A stretch of 64,000 nt of DNA, taken from positions 248,001-312,000 of the forward strand of contig MU054323.1 of NCBI GenBank assembly GCA_013239625.1, written 5' to 3'. A program made the translations under genes and the position numbers. Below the pieces are notes generated by a model. It ran no database searches. It had not been told where the DNA came from and saw nothing but the letters and a program-made list of their open reading frames with translations. Within the stretch, counting starts at the first letter, position 1; each line of letters begins with the position of its first letter. Shown here one piece after another: positions 37,596-51,300 of the stretch. Source of the DNA: Lama guanicoe. Taxonomy: Eukaryota.

Positions 37596-40500
37596 AACAG
37601 AGGAAATGTCTCAAATCAAGGACCTCCTCTACCTTAAGCTAAAAAGAAAGGAGCAAATGAAGCAAAGAAAGTAGAAGAAAGGGAGATAAAAATGTAAATC
37701 AATAGAAGAGAAAAACCACATGAGTAATCCAGAAAAATCAGTGAAATCAATTTGAGAAGATCAATTAAATTGATAAACTTCTAGTCATATTGGTCAAAAA
37801 AAAAAAGATAAAACCAGAAGGAGCCAATTTCAGCACTGAATGAGGTAGTGAGAGGATTACTTCAGATTCTCTAGATATTAAAGGGATATTAATTAATTTG
37901 ACAAATTGGTGAATGGACAAATTCCTAGAAAGACAAACCCCCAAAGTTTCCTTGAGAAGAAATAGATAACCTGAATAACCCTCTATTTTTTAAACAAATA
38001 AAAAACTTTCCCACAAAGGAAATTCCAGGCCCAGATGGCTTTAATGGTGAATTTGAACAAACATTTAAGGAAGAAATTATTCTGATTCTATGTTCAAAAC
38101 GCTCCAGAAAACTGAAGAGGAAATAATATTTTCCAACAGATTCTATGAGACTCATACTGATATCAAAACCAGACAAAGGCATTACAAGAAAGCTAGACCA
38201 AGACCCCATGTGAGCATAAACGTCACACTTGTTCACAAAATTTTGGCGAACTGAATTCAACAATGTATAAAAAGGCTAATATATCAAGACCCACTGCTGT
38301 TTATCCCAGAAACCCAAGGTTGATTTTCCATTTGAAAATCAGCCAACATAATTTACCATATTAACATACTAAATCTAAAATGAGACTAAAATAAAGCACA
38401 TGATCATCTCTAATAGATGGCAAAAAAAAAAAAAAAAAAGACAAAACCCAGTATCTATTCCTGGTAAGGACTCTCAGCAAACTAGGAATAGAAGGGAGCT
38501 TTTCCAATTAGATAAGGGGCATCTACAAGACTCCTAAAATTAACATCGTACAAACTGGATGCTTCCTTCCTAAGATCAAGTTCAAGGCAATGATGCATTT
38601 TCTCAGCATTTCTATGCAGCACTGTACTGGGGGTGGTAGCTACCACATAAAGGCAAGAAAAAGAATTCAAGGGCATCTGGATTGGAAAGGAAGAAATAAA
38701 ACTCTATTTATAGATGGCATGATGGTCTACTAGAAAATTCTTTTGAATCCACAAAACAGCTATAAGAACTATTAAACGAGTCTAGCAAAGTTGCAGGACA
38801 CAAGATCAATATGCAAAAAGCAACTGTAGTGCTACAGACTAGCAACAACGAATCAGAAATGGAAATTTTAAAATATCATTGACAGTGATGTTAAAAATAT
38901 TAACTACTTAGGGACAAGTCTCACAAAAGGTGTGCAAGGCCTTCAAGTTGAAAACATAAAACATTGTTGAGAGAAATTAAAGACCTAAATACATAGAGAA
39001 ATATGTGGTTCATGGATCCAATGACTCTATATTCTTTAGATACTTCTTAAGAATCTCCACTAAATCTCACTAGATTTCTCCAGAGCCAATATACTTCCAA
39101 TAAAAAGCATTTTTTTGTAGGAATTGACGTACAGATTCCAAAATTCATATGGAAATGAAAAGGATCAAAAGTCAGATCTACCTAAAGAAAGGAAGAGTAT
39201 TTTCAAAGAAGTAATAAGTGAAGTTAAAATAAAAATGTTATTTTCCTTGTGATTGATTTAACAGATAAAAGTTTATTCATAATAATAAAGCAACAATGTA
39301 TTTGATTATATATGCTTACATATATATATATATATATATGCTTACATACATATACATACTTACGTATGCTTATATATAAATAGAATGAATGACAACAATG
39401 ATACAAGGGGCTGGAGAGACAAATTACGATTATTTGGTTATTATAAAATAATTGCACTACACAGGAAGTGGTCTAGTGTTATTTGAAAGTGGACTTGGAT
39501 TAGCTGTAAATGTATATTTCAAACTCTAGGGCAATGACTAGAAAATCTTTTAAAAAAGTGTAACTGATATCCTATAAAAGGAGAGAAAATGCAATTATAT
39601 AAATGTTTGAAATTAAAACCGCAAAAGGAACAAAGGAACAAAGGATAAACAGAATATGGCAGCACATACGGCTACAGCTGTATTCTGTCTTGAACATCCA
39701 AGATATTAATCCAGCTATGTCATTAATCACCTTGAGCATCAATGGTCTTAATGTGCCAACTAAAGATAGAGATAGAGTGAATTAAAAACAAGACCCAACT
39801 ATAGGTTGCCTACAAGAAATTAAAACCGTAATGAGATCCCAGTAAACATCCAGTAGAACATCTAAAATGAAAAAGACTGATTGTACTAGGTATTAGCCAG
39901 AATGGGGAACCAGGGGAACTCTCAGTGCTGCTGATGGGAAGGTAATGTGGTACCAACATTTTAGAAAACAGTTTGGCAGTTTGCTAAACAACAACAAAAG
40001 CAGTAACAAACACACCTCTCTATGACCTGGTCATTCCTCTCCTAGCTGTTTACCCAAGAGAAGTAAAAAGCACGTGTCCCATCAGCGATGCTTAGATGAA
40101 TGTTCCTACGAGTTTTATTTTGAATAACTAAAGAATAGAGACTCACTGAGCAAATTGTGGGCCATCTATATGATGGACAACCACTCAGCCAAAAAAAAAA
40201 AAAAGTAATAAACTATGAATGTAGACCAAAACATGGATAAATCTCAAAATAATTATGCTGACCAAAGGAAGCTGGATAAAAACAAGTACATACTATACAA
40301 ATCCTTTTATACAAAACTCTGGAAAATACCAGCCACTCTACAGGGACAGAAAGCTGATCAGTGGTTGCCTGGGGATGGAGTAGGAACAAAAAAGAGGGAT
40401 TACAAAGAGACACAAGGACATTTTAGGGGGTGATGGATATGTTCATTAACTTGAGTGTGGCGATGGCTTCATAAATGCATGCATATGTCAACATTTATCC

Positions 40501-41174
40501 AATTGTACATTTTAACATGTAAAGTTTACTGTTTGTTAATTACACCTCAGTAAAGGGGTTAAATTCTTTTAAATCTCTTTTTAAAAAAAGATATGGTATA
40601 TAGGACTTTGGGGATCCAACATGAGAGACAGGAGATGGGAATGCCCAGGAAGTTGGTAAGAGAAAGCCTGCATCATAGTTGAACATGAGAGAACCGTCCA
40701 CCCAGATTGGAACAGGAGGATGGAATGCTCCAGAAAGGATGTTTCCAAGGAACAAAAAATGAAAGACACAGCTTACTTCGTGTGTCTGACGGCACCACTG
40801 AAAATACAAAGGAAATACAGTTCTATTAGAGAGTTTTGTTTTGTTTTGTTTTTAGGAAGAAGATGTTTTATTGAGATTTTGCTACACAGATAGCTACCCA
40901 AAGCTGGGAGGACTAAATGGAGCAGCTGTTGTCTCCCCCTGCACAGGTCACCAAGAAATCCATGGGGAGGGGAGCTGGGAGGAGCCTGACAATGACCAGA
41001 GAGAGAGAGGACCCCTGGAAGCTATCTGGAATGAGGACTCTGATATGAGAGAGAAAGAATGAGAAAGAGAAGCTAACAGCCTAGATATCACGAGGGAGGG
41101 ACAAGTGAGGGTCAAAGAGGTCACAGCACTTGGGATCACTGGGTCACAGTCTGTACCACGTCCTTCACCAGAGT

Positions 41175-41198
41175 TAGATAGATAGATAGATAGATAGA
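41175..41198. repeat. (GATA)n microsatellite
   Basis: Directly visible. Confidence 0.9.
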
Positions 41199-42093
41199 AA
41201 GCCAAGTAAACAAAATGAAGCAATTACTAGCTCCAAAGAATAGAAAAAAGTTGTGCAAGATAGGAAATGTAATGATAGTACCAAAGAGGCTGTGTTTCAG
41301 ACATCTTTACAGTGATGTAAAAATGTAAGTAAAGATTATTTACTTAGCCAAATCCATATACTATATTGGGAGAAATGGAAGGAGAGAAGTGGGAATTGGT
41401 GTGCAGCTGAGTGGTTGGGGAAAGAGTGTGTAAGAGGGCTAAAATCTCAATTCCCATACCAAGAAGTCAAAAGACAAAAATCTAAAGGCATCAATAAAGA
41501 ATGCAATGAGGTGAGATGATGGAGGTGTTCACTAGCCTTACTGTGATCAACACTTTGCAGTATAGATACAGTCAAATCATCACATTGTACACCTTAAACT
41601 GACAGTGTTATGTGTCAATTATATCTCAAGAAAGCTGGGGAGAGAAAAGAAACAGTAATATAAGCATATTGTGTAGACAGATGGGGGCAAATAGTTGAGA
41701 CCTAGGAGACAGAATCAGGGTAGGAAAAGAGTGGTTTTGACTCTTTATTTTCCACTGCCTATTTGTACTTATCCAAGAGTTTTTTCAAGTGTGTTTACTA
41801 CTATCATGAAAGAATAAAATAAATGAGTCAATAAATGCAAGTGAACCAAAAAATTCATCCTGTTTACAATTCTCAATAAGGTAAAGGAAAAGACTTTGAA
41901 AAGAAAGTGGAAACCGAGATGGAAAATCCCAGAATCAGAGCAGCTGGTGACAATGCTGGTCCGCAGTGCCCAGGAGCAGCCTTCCCGGGGAAATCACCCC
42001 AGGACCATTCCAGGATGGAAGCCAGGCTTCCGGAGAGCCTGACGCTCGCTGCTGACAACTTGGAGGCGTTAGACCTCTGAGGTATCCACCCAT

Positions 42094-42150
42094 CCACACA
42101 CACACACACCACCACCACCATCACCACCACCACTAACACACACGCACACC
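42094..42150. repeat. (CA)n/(CAC)n low-complexity repeat
   Basis: Directly visible. Confidence 0.85.
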
Positions 42151-42879
42151 ATCAAAAGTTGATATAAGATCTCAGCCATTGCAAACGGGTTGCCTTCCCG
42201 TGCCTACAATTTAACCTCAACACCATCTCCCATTTAGAGACTCTGATTTCCAGATTTCTCTCCTTTAGAAGGGAGGTGAGAGGTTAAAGGGGGCCAATGT
42301 GAGTTAGAAGGGGAATGAGAAGGAGTTGAGTGCTGTTCTAAAGAGAACTTCCTTAAGTTTCCAGGGGAAAAAGCTAGTAAAATGGTCCTCTGCACAAATG
42401 ATCTCATTGAATTCCAAAAATAATTCATTTCTCTCTTTGATAGAAAAGGAATCAAAAGCTGAAAGAGGTCAAAGAATCTTTCCAAGTTCACCAAAGTCAG
42501 AATTTGAACCCAGACGCCTCCATCCTTCCTTGCCCCCTTTCTTCTTTCCATCCTTCCTTCATTATTTTTTTCCTTCTGAAAAATGTTTCCATCACACGTA
42601 GGCATGACATTAAACACGGTCTGGGTCTTCATGGAACTTAAACTCTAGTGGGAGATCTGGAATAAATAAATGAACAGAACTGTTTCAGGTACTTATTAGG
42701 GCTAGGAAGCACATAAAATATGGCCATGTTATGCTGCCTGGGCGAGGCTGGGTGCGGGATGTTTCAGAGTAAGGGCAAAGACCATGAGATGGAAATAAAA
42801 AGAAGTCATCCGACTCCAAACTCCACGGTGAACCCCATGGGCAGGGATCTGAACACTCCTTATTAATATAACCACTGCC

Positions 42880-44511
42880 CTGTCGGGTGTGGGCTCCCCT
42901 GCGAAGCTGACTCTGAAAGTGAGACTAGAGTCCAGGCAGATTACTGGGGAAGGCCCTTGGGGACAACGTGTGTGAGGAGCGAAGGCAGCGGGACTGGGCA
43001 GCGGGAGGAATTGAATTGTGCTGCAGCCTCACGGCACTTTGTACAAGAACCCTGACCCTGGCATTGCAGACTTGCTGGGCTTGAGAATTCAACCATCTCT
43101 GGGCTCAGCTACCTTATAATTAAGTCCCGGATCTGAGACTTAGCCTCCTCTGACTGCAGGATGCCGGCTGTCTCCCTTTCTTTCTTTCTCTTTCATTGAA
43201 GTACAGTTGATTTACAATGTTGTGTTAGTTTCAGGTGTACAGCAAAGTGATTCAATTATACAGATACACACACATAAATATTCTTTTTCAGGTTCTTTTC
43301 CATTATAGGTTATCCCTGTGCTAGATAGTGAATCCTTGTTGTTTATCTATTTTTTTCTGATTATTATTTATTTATTATTTAAATTGTGATAAGATAGTTT
43401 TTTTCCACTGTAAGCTACTACAATGTATTGAATATGTTTCCCAGTGCTATACAGTATACACTTGCTTATCTATTTTATATATAGTAGTATGTATCTGTTA
43501 ATCCCCAGCTCCTAATTTATCCCTCCCCACCACCCATTTCCCTTTTGGTAACCGTAGTTTGTTTTCTATGTCTGTGAGTCTATTTCCGGTTTGTAAATAA
43601 GTTCATTGGTATTATTACCTTTTTAGATTTCACATATAAGTGATATCATATGATATTTGTCCTTCTCTGTCTAACTTACTTCACTTAACGTGATCGTCTC
43701 CAAGTCCCTCCGTGTTGCTCTCTTTCTGCGCTACCAGAAAGGTCCTCTGGCTTTCACACTCGACCTTACTGATCAATCGCCCTCAGCCTTCCATTGTCTT
43801 TCTTAAATGCATCAATAGTTCTCAGTAACAGCCACCCTGCTCCATTGTTCTACCCTCCTGCCTGCCTCTCAAATACCTGAGATATTACCCTCCAGTGCAT
43901 TCCTCTCCACAGATACTCTATACAAGTTCACCAAGGCCAACTTTTAACCAAGTTCACAGCATGCCTAGGGCAATCCAAGCACTACTGCAAGTGATGGAAT
44001 CCTCAAGGCCAGCTGGCCGGTGAGTGGTCTGACTCCAAAATCCCAGGTAGAGTCGGCTTCCTCAAACCATTCCTGGCACCAGCATCTCTGAGCTGGAGAC
44101 CTGTGTACTGTAAATGCACTGGGGGATGCTCTCTGAATTGACCCCTGTGGGGCAGCGAAGGAAGTGCGATTAGCCAGAAGGAGTTGAACTCCAATGACCT
44201 TGCAATAGGGACCTCAGCCAATCCCACAGGGAGACCTGGAACTGGGGTAGCTCTTCAGAGTTGTCCCAGACTGAAGCTGGGCGCTGGTCGTTTGTACCTC
44301 CATGTCAACCAGTCGGAGGGAGCTGCCTTGTGGGAAGAGTTATAACTTTGCTTGTGGCAGCGGTCTTCAGCTGAGGCTGGTGCCCAGGAGGGACTCAGCT
44401 GGCAGCCATCAGTAGGCAACCCTGCTGGCAGCTGGGAGGGATGAGTGCTTTGGTCCTGAAGGGGACTCTGGGGAGTACCTGGGGGCAGCCACCCCAGCCC
44501 AGTGTAGACAC
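42880..44511 (-). mobile_element. Collapsed ERVL provirus (LTR16-like LTRs at ~42880-43030 and ~44045-44511) with a gag remnant
   Basis: Two related LTR16-type segments; the minus strand at ~43040-43150 gives frameshifted RDLII/VAE/QRWLNSQAQQVCNARVRVLV, resembling ERVL gag. Confidence 0.6.
43190..43720 (-). mobile_element. Artiodactyl/camelid L1 3' UTR inserted in the ERVL remnant
   Basis: attgaagtacagttgatttacaatgttgtgttagtttcaggtgtacagcaaagtgattca..tttagatttcacatataagtgatatcat. Confidence 0.85.
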
Positions 44512-45899
44512 ATCTCATGCAAAGAACAATTAGCTTTCTTTCCTGAGGCCTCCATAGAATCAACATCTGGAGCCCGAGAGAGCCTGGGGCCCATTACAAG
44601 TAGCAAAAGAATTTGGACAGGATGCATTTAATCTTGAGTTAATGGTACAGTGCTCCGCCAAGATAAACTTCTCAACCTCAACATATTTTATTTTGAAAAA
44701 AAAAAATGTTATTGTCAGGTACAAGGGAAATTCCTCCTCACCGAGGCTGCGGTGCCAGATGACATAATCACTGGATGCGGGCCCCTGTGTGGTGTGTTAT
44801 CTTTTTCATCTGAGCAGATCTCTCCCCCGCAGACCCACCTCCCAAAAAGCTGGCCACGGTTCCAAAGTAATTCTAGCCTCTGACAGCTGCAGGAAAGCAG
44901 AGAAATGTGACTTGAAAACAGACATTTTGGGAGGTCACGTTTCTAAACACCAGATATGTTGGGTTTCTCCCCACGCCGGGATCTGGGTGGAATTCAAATG
45001 GGAATTAAAGGGAGAGCTTGGAGCCTAGTTTTCATTCCTTACATTTTTATTGAGAATCTACTATGTGGCCAATGTGGTGGTAGTTATTAACAGAACGATC
45101 ACCCTTCACTGCCTGTTAGGGGCCAGGCACCGGGCAGGTAGTTCTTTACATACTTGTGACGTCTGCAGGAGGCAGAAGTATGCTAAAATGATCCCAATTG
45201 TCTAGAAGGGGAGATAGAGGCTCAATTGGATTAAGCCATCTTATCGAGTGGGTGGTGGAATCAAGCCAGGGATACAGGCGTTCAATTTTCAAGTTTAAGG
45301 GCTTTCCATCTACCAAAGAGTCTTGCAAAATGAAGAAACTTGATACATGCGTGTTGAAGGAATGATTGAGTCACTAGGCAAACAACGGAGAGTCGGGGGA
45401 GGGGAGGAAGCCATCCTCTGAAGCCTGTGCCTGCTTCCACGGGTGTCTGGTGCACAGTGCAATGCCCAGATCTGCATCTCAGGAAGGTCCTGACATCCTC
45501 TCTAGAGCTGCCACCGCAGTCCAGACCCAGGCAGACCCTCTACTGGCAGGACAGGCAGTTCACGCCCTAGGAAGGGGGCTGCCTCTTGGCCCCGAGCCCT
45601 CTGTTCTCTGCTCCAGGAAAGCTGTGTACGGCTGGTGTGTTTCCCATCCTCTCAGAGGCAGGAGGCCCGGGGAGCGGGGTGGTGCTCAGTTCCTCCAGTC
45701 TCACCCTCGGGGGCTTTCCTATCAGGCTGGGATGGAACCAAGGATAGAACAGGATGGGGCAGAAGGTCAGTGCTAGAACCACCTTCATCTCAGGATCTCA
45801 AAGCATACAATGGAGTGTTGGAAATAAACACCATCTTTGTTTGTGGCATAGTTTGATGTCAAATCCTGGATGTATTCACTTAGTCTACAAAGCTTTTTC

Positions 45900-46320
45900 A
45901 GAGACATTTTTTCCACTCAGTGAAGTGGGCCGGGCTGGGCCCACCAGTCTCCTTTTAGATTAAGGAAGTGAAACTCAGAAAAGCTACCTGACTTACCGAG
46001 GACCACCTGCAGGCACCAAGGTAAAGATTTCCTTCAAGTTCATTGCTGTTTTTGTTCCCCATCGTTGTGGTGTCTGAGCCAGAAATCTGGGAGGGGACGG
46101 TGTGTTCTGGCAGAGAAAAGACAGGCTTTGGAGTCAGAAGAACTGGATTTGAATCCTGGGTCACTTGCTGGGTGACCTTAGATGAGTTACTTAGCTCCTC
46201 CTGGCCTCAGTTTTCCCCATCTGTAAAATGGAGCCAGTAATCCTTGCATTGAAGAGATTTTGTTCTGAGGATTAAAAGATATTACAGCTATAAAGAAACT
46301 GGCTTGCACTGTTGAAATAA
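45900..46320. mobile_element. Two oppositely oriented MIR fragments
   Basis: ttttagattaaggaagtgaaactcaga (minus) and ggctttggagtcagaag..ggcctcagttttccccatctgtaaaatgg (plus). Confidence 0.7.
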
Positions 46321-46734
46321 ATTTTACATCTCTTTTCCTCTTCTCAAAGATGTACAATTATTCCTACATAGGCGTGTGATTATTATTATACATTTATAAT
46401 TACCTGTCTTATTCAAATGGAATCATAAGCCCAAAGCAGAAGGATATTTGTCCCCTTTAATCCTTGATCTCCAGGTGTCAGTGCGGGTGGATATGTCATC
46501 TCAAAGATGCAGGTATAGAAGTACAAGACGTTCCTTAAACGGATACCAACCCGGCAGAGAATAAAGCTGCGTTTGGCCTACAGGAGCCGTTTTTTTCTCC
46601 AGGACCCTTTCTCCCTCTTTCCCTTCTCTTTCCTCCAGTTTCCTCTTGACTGTGCCATCCTACCTCTGAGCACCGTCAGTGCTCTTCCATCTGCCAGGAA
46701 CACTCTCCATCTGGCTAGCTCAGCTTGAATGTCA

Positions 46735-47120
46735 CTTCATTCGTTCATTCACTTGTTCATTCTTTCATTCAGTATTACTGAGTGCTCACCCTGCCCTAAA
46801 CAGAGTGCTGGGACACTGCTGTTCCTGATAAGTGCCAAGAACAGAACTGCTGTTCCTGATAAGTGCCAAGAACAGGAGATCAGGGATAGGGAGTGAAAAG
46901 GAATAGAGCGTGGCCGGGGGCTATTCCGGATGGGATGCTGGGGGCACACGTGCCTCGGAGCAGAGTCCAGAGGGGAGTGAGGGACGGGAGTGGTGGGCAC
47001 GTGCATCAAGTGTGAACTCCTTTGTGGGAATGGACGTGGCGTGTGTGCAGACAGAAGGGAACAGGGTCCAGGTGCCCCTGCTCCTTGATGTGCCTGGAAT
47101 CTGGGTTGCCAACGAGGGGG
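46735..47120 (-). mobile_element. LINE-2 3' end containing a 31-bp-period tandem duplication
   Basis: (ttca)n L2 tail then tattactgagtgctc; duplication 46815-46844 = 46846-46875. Confidence 0.7.
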
Positions 47121-47392
47121 TGAACTTGACTGCCTTCTGAAATTCCTCAAGCTCTGACATTCTAGGAATCAGAGCTCCAAGCCCGCGGCCAGCTGGACAG
47201 AGAGTGGAGGTGTGAAGACACTGATGCTGCAGTCAGCCCAGCTGAACCGCTCCCCGGTTCAGGCCACCTGTCCAGAGTGAGGGGGACACACAGTGGGACT
47301 GGTGTGGGATCAGGCAAACCCATCGCAGCCAGCCTGGCTCAGCGATGGAAGGAAGTCCAGCTAATCCACTGAGAGACCCGGGCACAGTTCCT

Positions 47393-47852
47393 TGTCTTAG
47401 CTTCCCAGGTCTGCCATCACAATATACCAGGAACAGAGTGGCTAATGGCCGCAGAGATGGGGCTCTCGCAGCCCTGGAGTCTAGAGCCTGCAATCACGAT
47501 GTCGGCAGGGCTGTGCTCCCTCTGAAAGCTGTAAGGGAGAAGCCTTCCTTGCCTTTTCTAGCTTCTAGTGCTTTTCTGGCAACTTTGGGACTCTTTGGCT
47601 GGCAGCGGCATAATTCCAGTCCTTGCCTTTGTCATCACATGGCCCTCTCCGTGTGTCTCCATCTACTTATAAGGACGCCAGTCACACTGGACCGGCTCCC
47701 ACCTACCCCAGCATGACCTCATCTTCACTAACCACATCTGCACACCCCTACCTCCAAATAAGGTCACACTCTGAGATACTGGGGGTTAGAACTTCAGCAC
47801 ATCCTTTTGTTTTCCAGGGTGGGGGTGGGGGTGCACAAGTCAGCCCATAGCA
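47393..47852 (-). mobile_element. MaLR solo LTR, MLT1B/C-like
   Basis: ttccttgccttttctagcttctagtg..atgacctcatctt..ccaaataaggtcacactctgagatactgggggttagaacttca. Confidence 0.8.
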
Positions 47853-48218
47853 CCTTCTGTGCCACCCCAGCACCCACTGAAAAGGGTCTTTCAGCCTCTG
47901 ATGGGCCCGCCCTCTGACGGGCATGCATGGACCTCAGTGCAGGAGGCTCTATTGCTGGAAGCTTCCCTCTTCTCCCTCTCTCCCACAAATATTTATCAAG
48001 GGATTAATAAAGTCCAGGAATGGTGCCAAGTCCAAAACAGATGGTTGGAAGACCGACATGGTGTCATCCTTGCCTTTGGTCCCAGGTTCTCCCTGAGGCC
48101 ACACAGAACACCCTGGCCCACCCTGAATGCAGCCCTTCAGATATCCGAGGACAGCGGTGAATTCATCTGAGGCTCTCTTCCATTGGACACCTTTGGTTTC
48201 TTTACTGATTCCTCAAAC

Positions 48219-48332
48219 AGGGTGACTATGTATTTTATGAAACAAACTAGGGCATGCTGGGGGCGGTGAGAGTAGGTGCCATGGAGAATGACACTGGGAC
48301 AATGTAACGCCCAGTGGCTGACCGCACCCTAA
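48219..48332 (+). mobile_element. MER94-like remnant
   Basis: agggtgact...accgcacccta terminal inverted repeat-like ends. Confidence 0.45.
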
Positions 48333-51300
48333 GGCCACCTCCTGGGGCTTGGGTTTCCAGCTCCTTCCTTGCCCTGATTGCTCCTTTCTGGATGTTTCGT
48401 CATCTGTCTCTTTTTAAATCACTGCTTCCAGAGGTAACTACCATGTGTGCTTGGCAGAGTGGAAAAGACCAAACAGGTAAGGAGATCATTTTAATAAATG
48501 TGCCAAACACCTTAACAGAGGCAAGGGGAAGGTATTATGGGAACCCAGAGGAAGAAACATGAGGTCGTTCTGAGAAACCTGGGGATGGCTGCAGAGAGGA
48601 GCTGCTATCTGAAATGAGTCTTCCGGGCTGAGGAGAAGTTTCCCAACAAAAAAGCGATGGACGTCTTGGGAAAGGGTATCTTTGTCCCGATGCGAAGTGG
48701 AGAAGCCAGCAGGGATCCCTGCTCTCCTGCTGCTGATGGAGACTCATGTTAGTTTCCCTAGAGACGGTGAGGCCTCATCGGATGCCAGCTCTGCTGTGGG
48801 CTAACCCCAGCCCAGCCTATCATGGGAAGGACATGCTTGTCCTAGATGCCTTTGATTCAGTCCTTCTGATCTTCTGGTTTGTGCTAAGGAAGAACAGCCA
48901 AAATACAGGGAGAATTTGGCAAATGAGGTGTGTGAGCTTAATTCAGGGTCCATCGCCCTCCCAAGCCCCCGTGGGAGTGAGTCATTTACAAGTATCTGCT
49001 GAAACGAGCTTCATTGATGGGTCCATGCTGGTCTCTGGGAAGGCAAAGATCACACCTGGTCACTGCTCTCGAAGAGGTAAAGAGTTTCGTCTAGTAAACA
49101 AGATGCATGCGTGCCGTGACCTTGAAGTCATACCAAAACATCTAAGGACGGTCACACCCCTTTATAAGTTGGCCGTGTGTTTCGGGAACACAGGGAGTAA
49201 TTCCAACTGGAAGAATAAAATTGACTGTCACTGTAGAACTTCCAGGGCTTTGATGGCCAAGTGAAGCTTTAGAGCTGGAGAAAGGGTGGGTGAGAGGTGT
49301 GGGTGTAAGAACAGTCTTTGGGGCTGGCCTGCCGTGTTGGGGGTAGGGAGGCAGGTCAGGGGGATGGCCTCAGATGTCACAACAAAGCGTGGCTGGGATA
49401 GCAGGCCACCATCATGCCTGGCCAACCACCTGCATCCCTGCCAGCCTTCTGGCCAAGGTCTAAACGCCAGTGTGGCGACTGCCCCGGAAGAGGCAAGGGC
49501 AGTGAGGAGCAAGGTGGATGGCTTGGCCCCACAGCCAAGCACACGCCACTGCCTCTGGCTTGGTTGTCAGTTGGCTGCATCCCCTCCTCCCCTTCCCTGT
49601 GGAGGCCAGCCCTTCATCAGCTACAGGAATCCCTCCTCCGAGGTGGGTGGTGGTGGTGGTTCTCTAGAGTGATGATTCATCACAGAGCTGGCCTCCATCC
49701 AGACCCAAACACTGTCCACAGCCCAGGCTGATAGTCCACTAGCACACCCTCGTCAGCTCTCTATAAGCTTGGCTCACCACCGGGGCTCATCTTGGACAGG
49801 CTGAGACCAGGGGTGTGGGCTCCGGCAGTGGTTTTGGGGCAGAGGTTCAAACCCCCAGATGGTCCACAGTCCTGTGCCCACCTGTCTGAGGTGAGAAGGA
49901 AGTTCTGCAGGGACGTCTCCTGGGGCTCACGCATCACGTCTCTCCCAGCTCGCCTGGGGGGAGGGGCCTCTCTCTTCTCCGAGCTCGGGTCTCCTGCTAG
50001 ACCTTCTGCCACACGCTTGCGCAGTTGGCGGTTTCTGTATCTTCATCCCCTCTGGACTGTGAACAACCCGAGGGCAGGCAGGGTGGCTCTCCTCATTTCC
50101 AGATGCTCAGAACTGATACCTAGAAGGTGATCACCCAGTGTGGACAGAAAATGAGAAAAGAAGAAGGTGGTGGATGCAGGCAGGTCTGTGGAAGTACAAC
50201 CACAGGTTCATGGAGATGAGGGGGTGAGGGACAGTTGTTACGGGGCTGCATCCTGAATTTGCTTTTGTCCTTGTAGGACCCCATCCGGTACAAACACGGA
50301 AACGTTCTATTTTGTGGCTGTGCGGGTTTAAAGACCAGTGTAATCCAGGCACGATTCATTATTATTCATTATTATTCTAGTCATTTTTAAATTCTGATTT
50401 TAAAAGAAATTTAACTTAAGACACTTCTGTGGGCCCTGAGGCACTGCATTTACTGTAAAGTCATGGGCTGTGACCAGGGTAGTGGAATAGTCATGAATGG
50501 TCCCACCTAGGCATCAGCCAGTCAAAACCGAAGCAAGTTCCTGGAGGCCCCCTGCTATGCCAGACCTTCACCCTTGGTTTGCTGGATCTTGGGAAGGGTC
50601 AGAGTCTCTGGAGGGAGGGGCTGACGTGGTGGACATCGGGGCACCTGGGGAGTGTGGTGTGGTCACTCTTTACCAACTGATATGGAAGGATTTCAGTCTT
50701 TGCAAAGTGGGCATGGACATTCTAGCGCCTTCCATAAGCCCTGGATGGAGGTAGAAGTCACAAAAGATGGTCGCTGCAAAGATGCAAGATGAAGGCCAAG
50801 GAGCCTGAGCGCCAGGTTCTGATCCGGGTCATGGGTGGTCCCGTCACCGAAACAGACAACTTGGCTAGAGGAATCGCCTGACGGGAAAGACTCTGGGTTC
50901 GGTCTGGGACACGATGAATGTTCTGGATCTCTCGGATTTCTGGGGAGCAATGCTTGTAAGCATTGACTAGATGGGTGTAGTTTTTTAGGAAATAAGGTGA
51001 GGATGCCAATGGCAGCCGGCACATAGTAGGCCCGCAATAAATCTGTCCTGGGCTGAGTAAGAACCCTCCTACACAAACGCTTCAGCCCCAGGCTCATGGG
51101 ATGACTGGGAGGACCCCACACAGACTGACTTTAGGAGGAAACACAGAACATCCTTTGTCTGATTATGATCGAAGCAGACAACTGGAGGGCATATTTCAGC
51201 TCCAGGTACCCAAGGTGTGGGGCCTGTGGGGGCTCACTGCTGTCAGAAGTCGGCATGAGGGACCAGCAAGAGCTTGTCTTGTTGTCTTATACCTTGAAGA

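Larger units (their letters stand above)
32560..41800 (+). mobile_element. ~9-kb nested cluster of ancient L1/HAL1-like sequence
   Basis: A-rich sense L1 throughout; ORF 36416..36673 is the L1 ORF2 endonuclease N-terminus (KKQDP.IYCLQETH); degenerate RT-region phrases at 38.0-39.1 kb (ccaggcccagatggctttaatggtgaatt, gcaaagttgcaggacacaagatcaat). Confidence 0.8.

Noticed and set aside
48746..49264. 172-aa plus-strand ATG ORF
   Set aside because: No recognisable homology or gene structure; plausible by chance in 64 kb. BLASTP/PhyloCSF would settle it.
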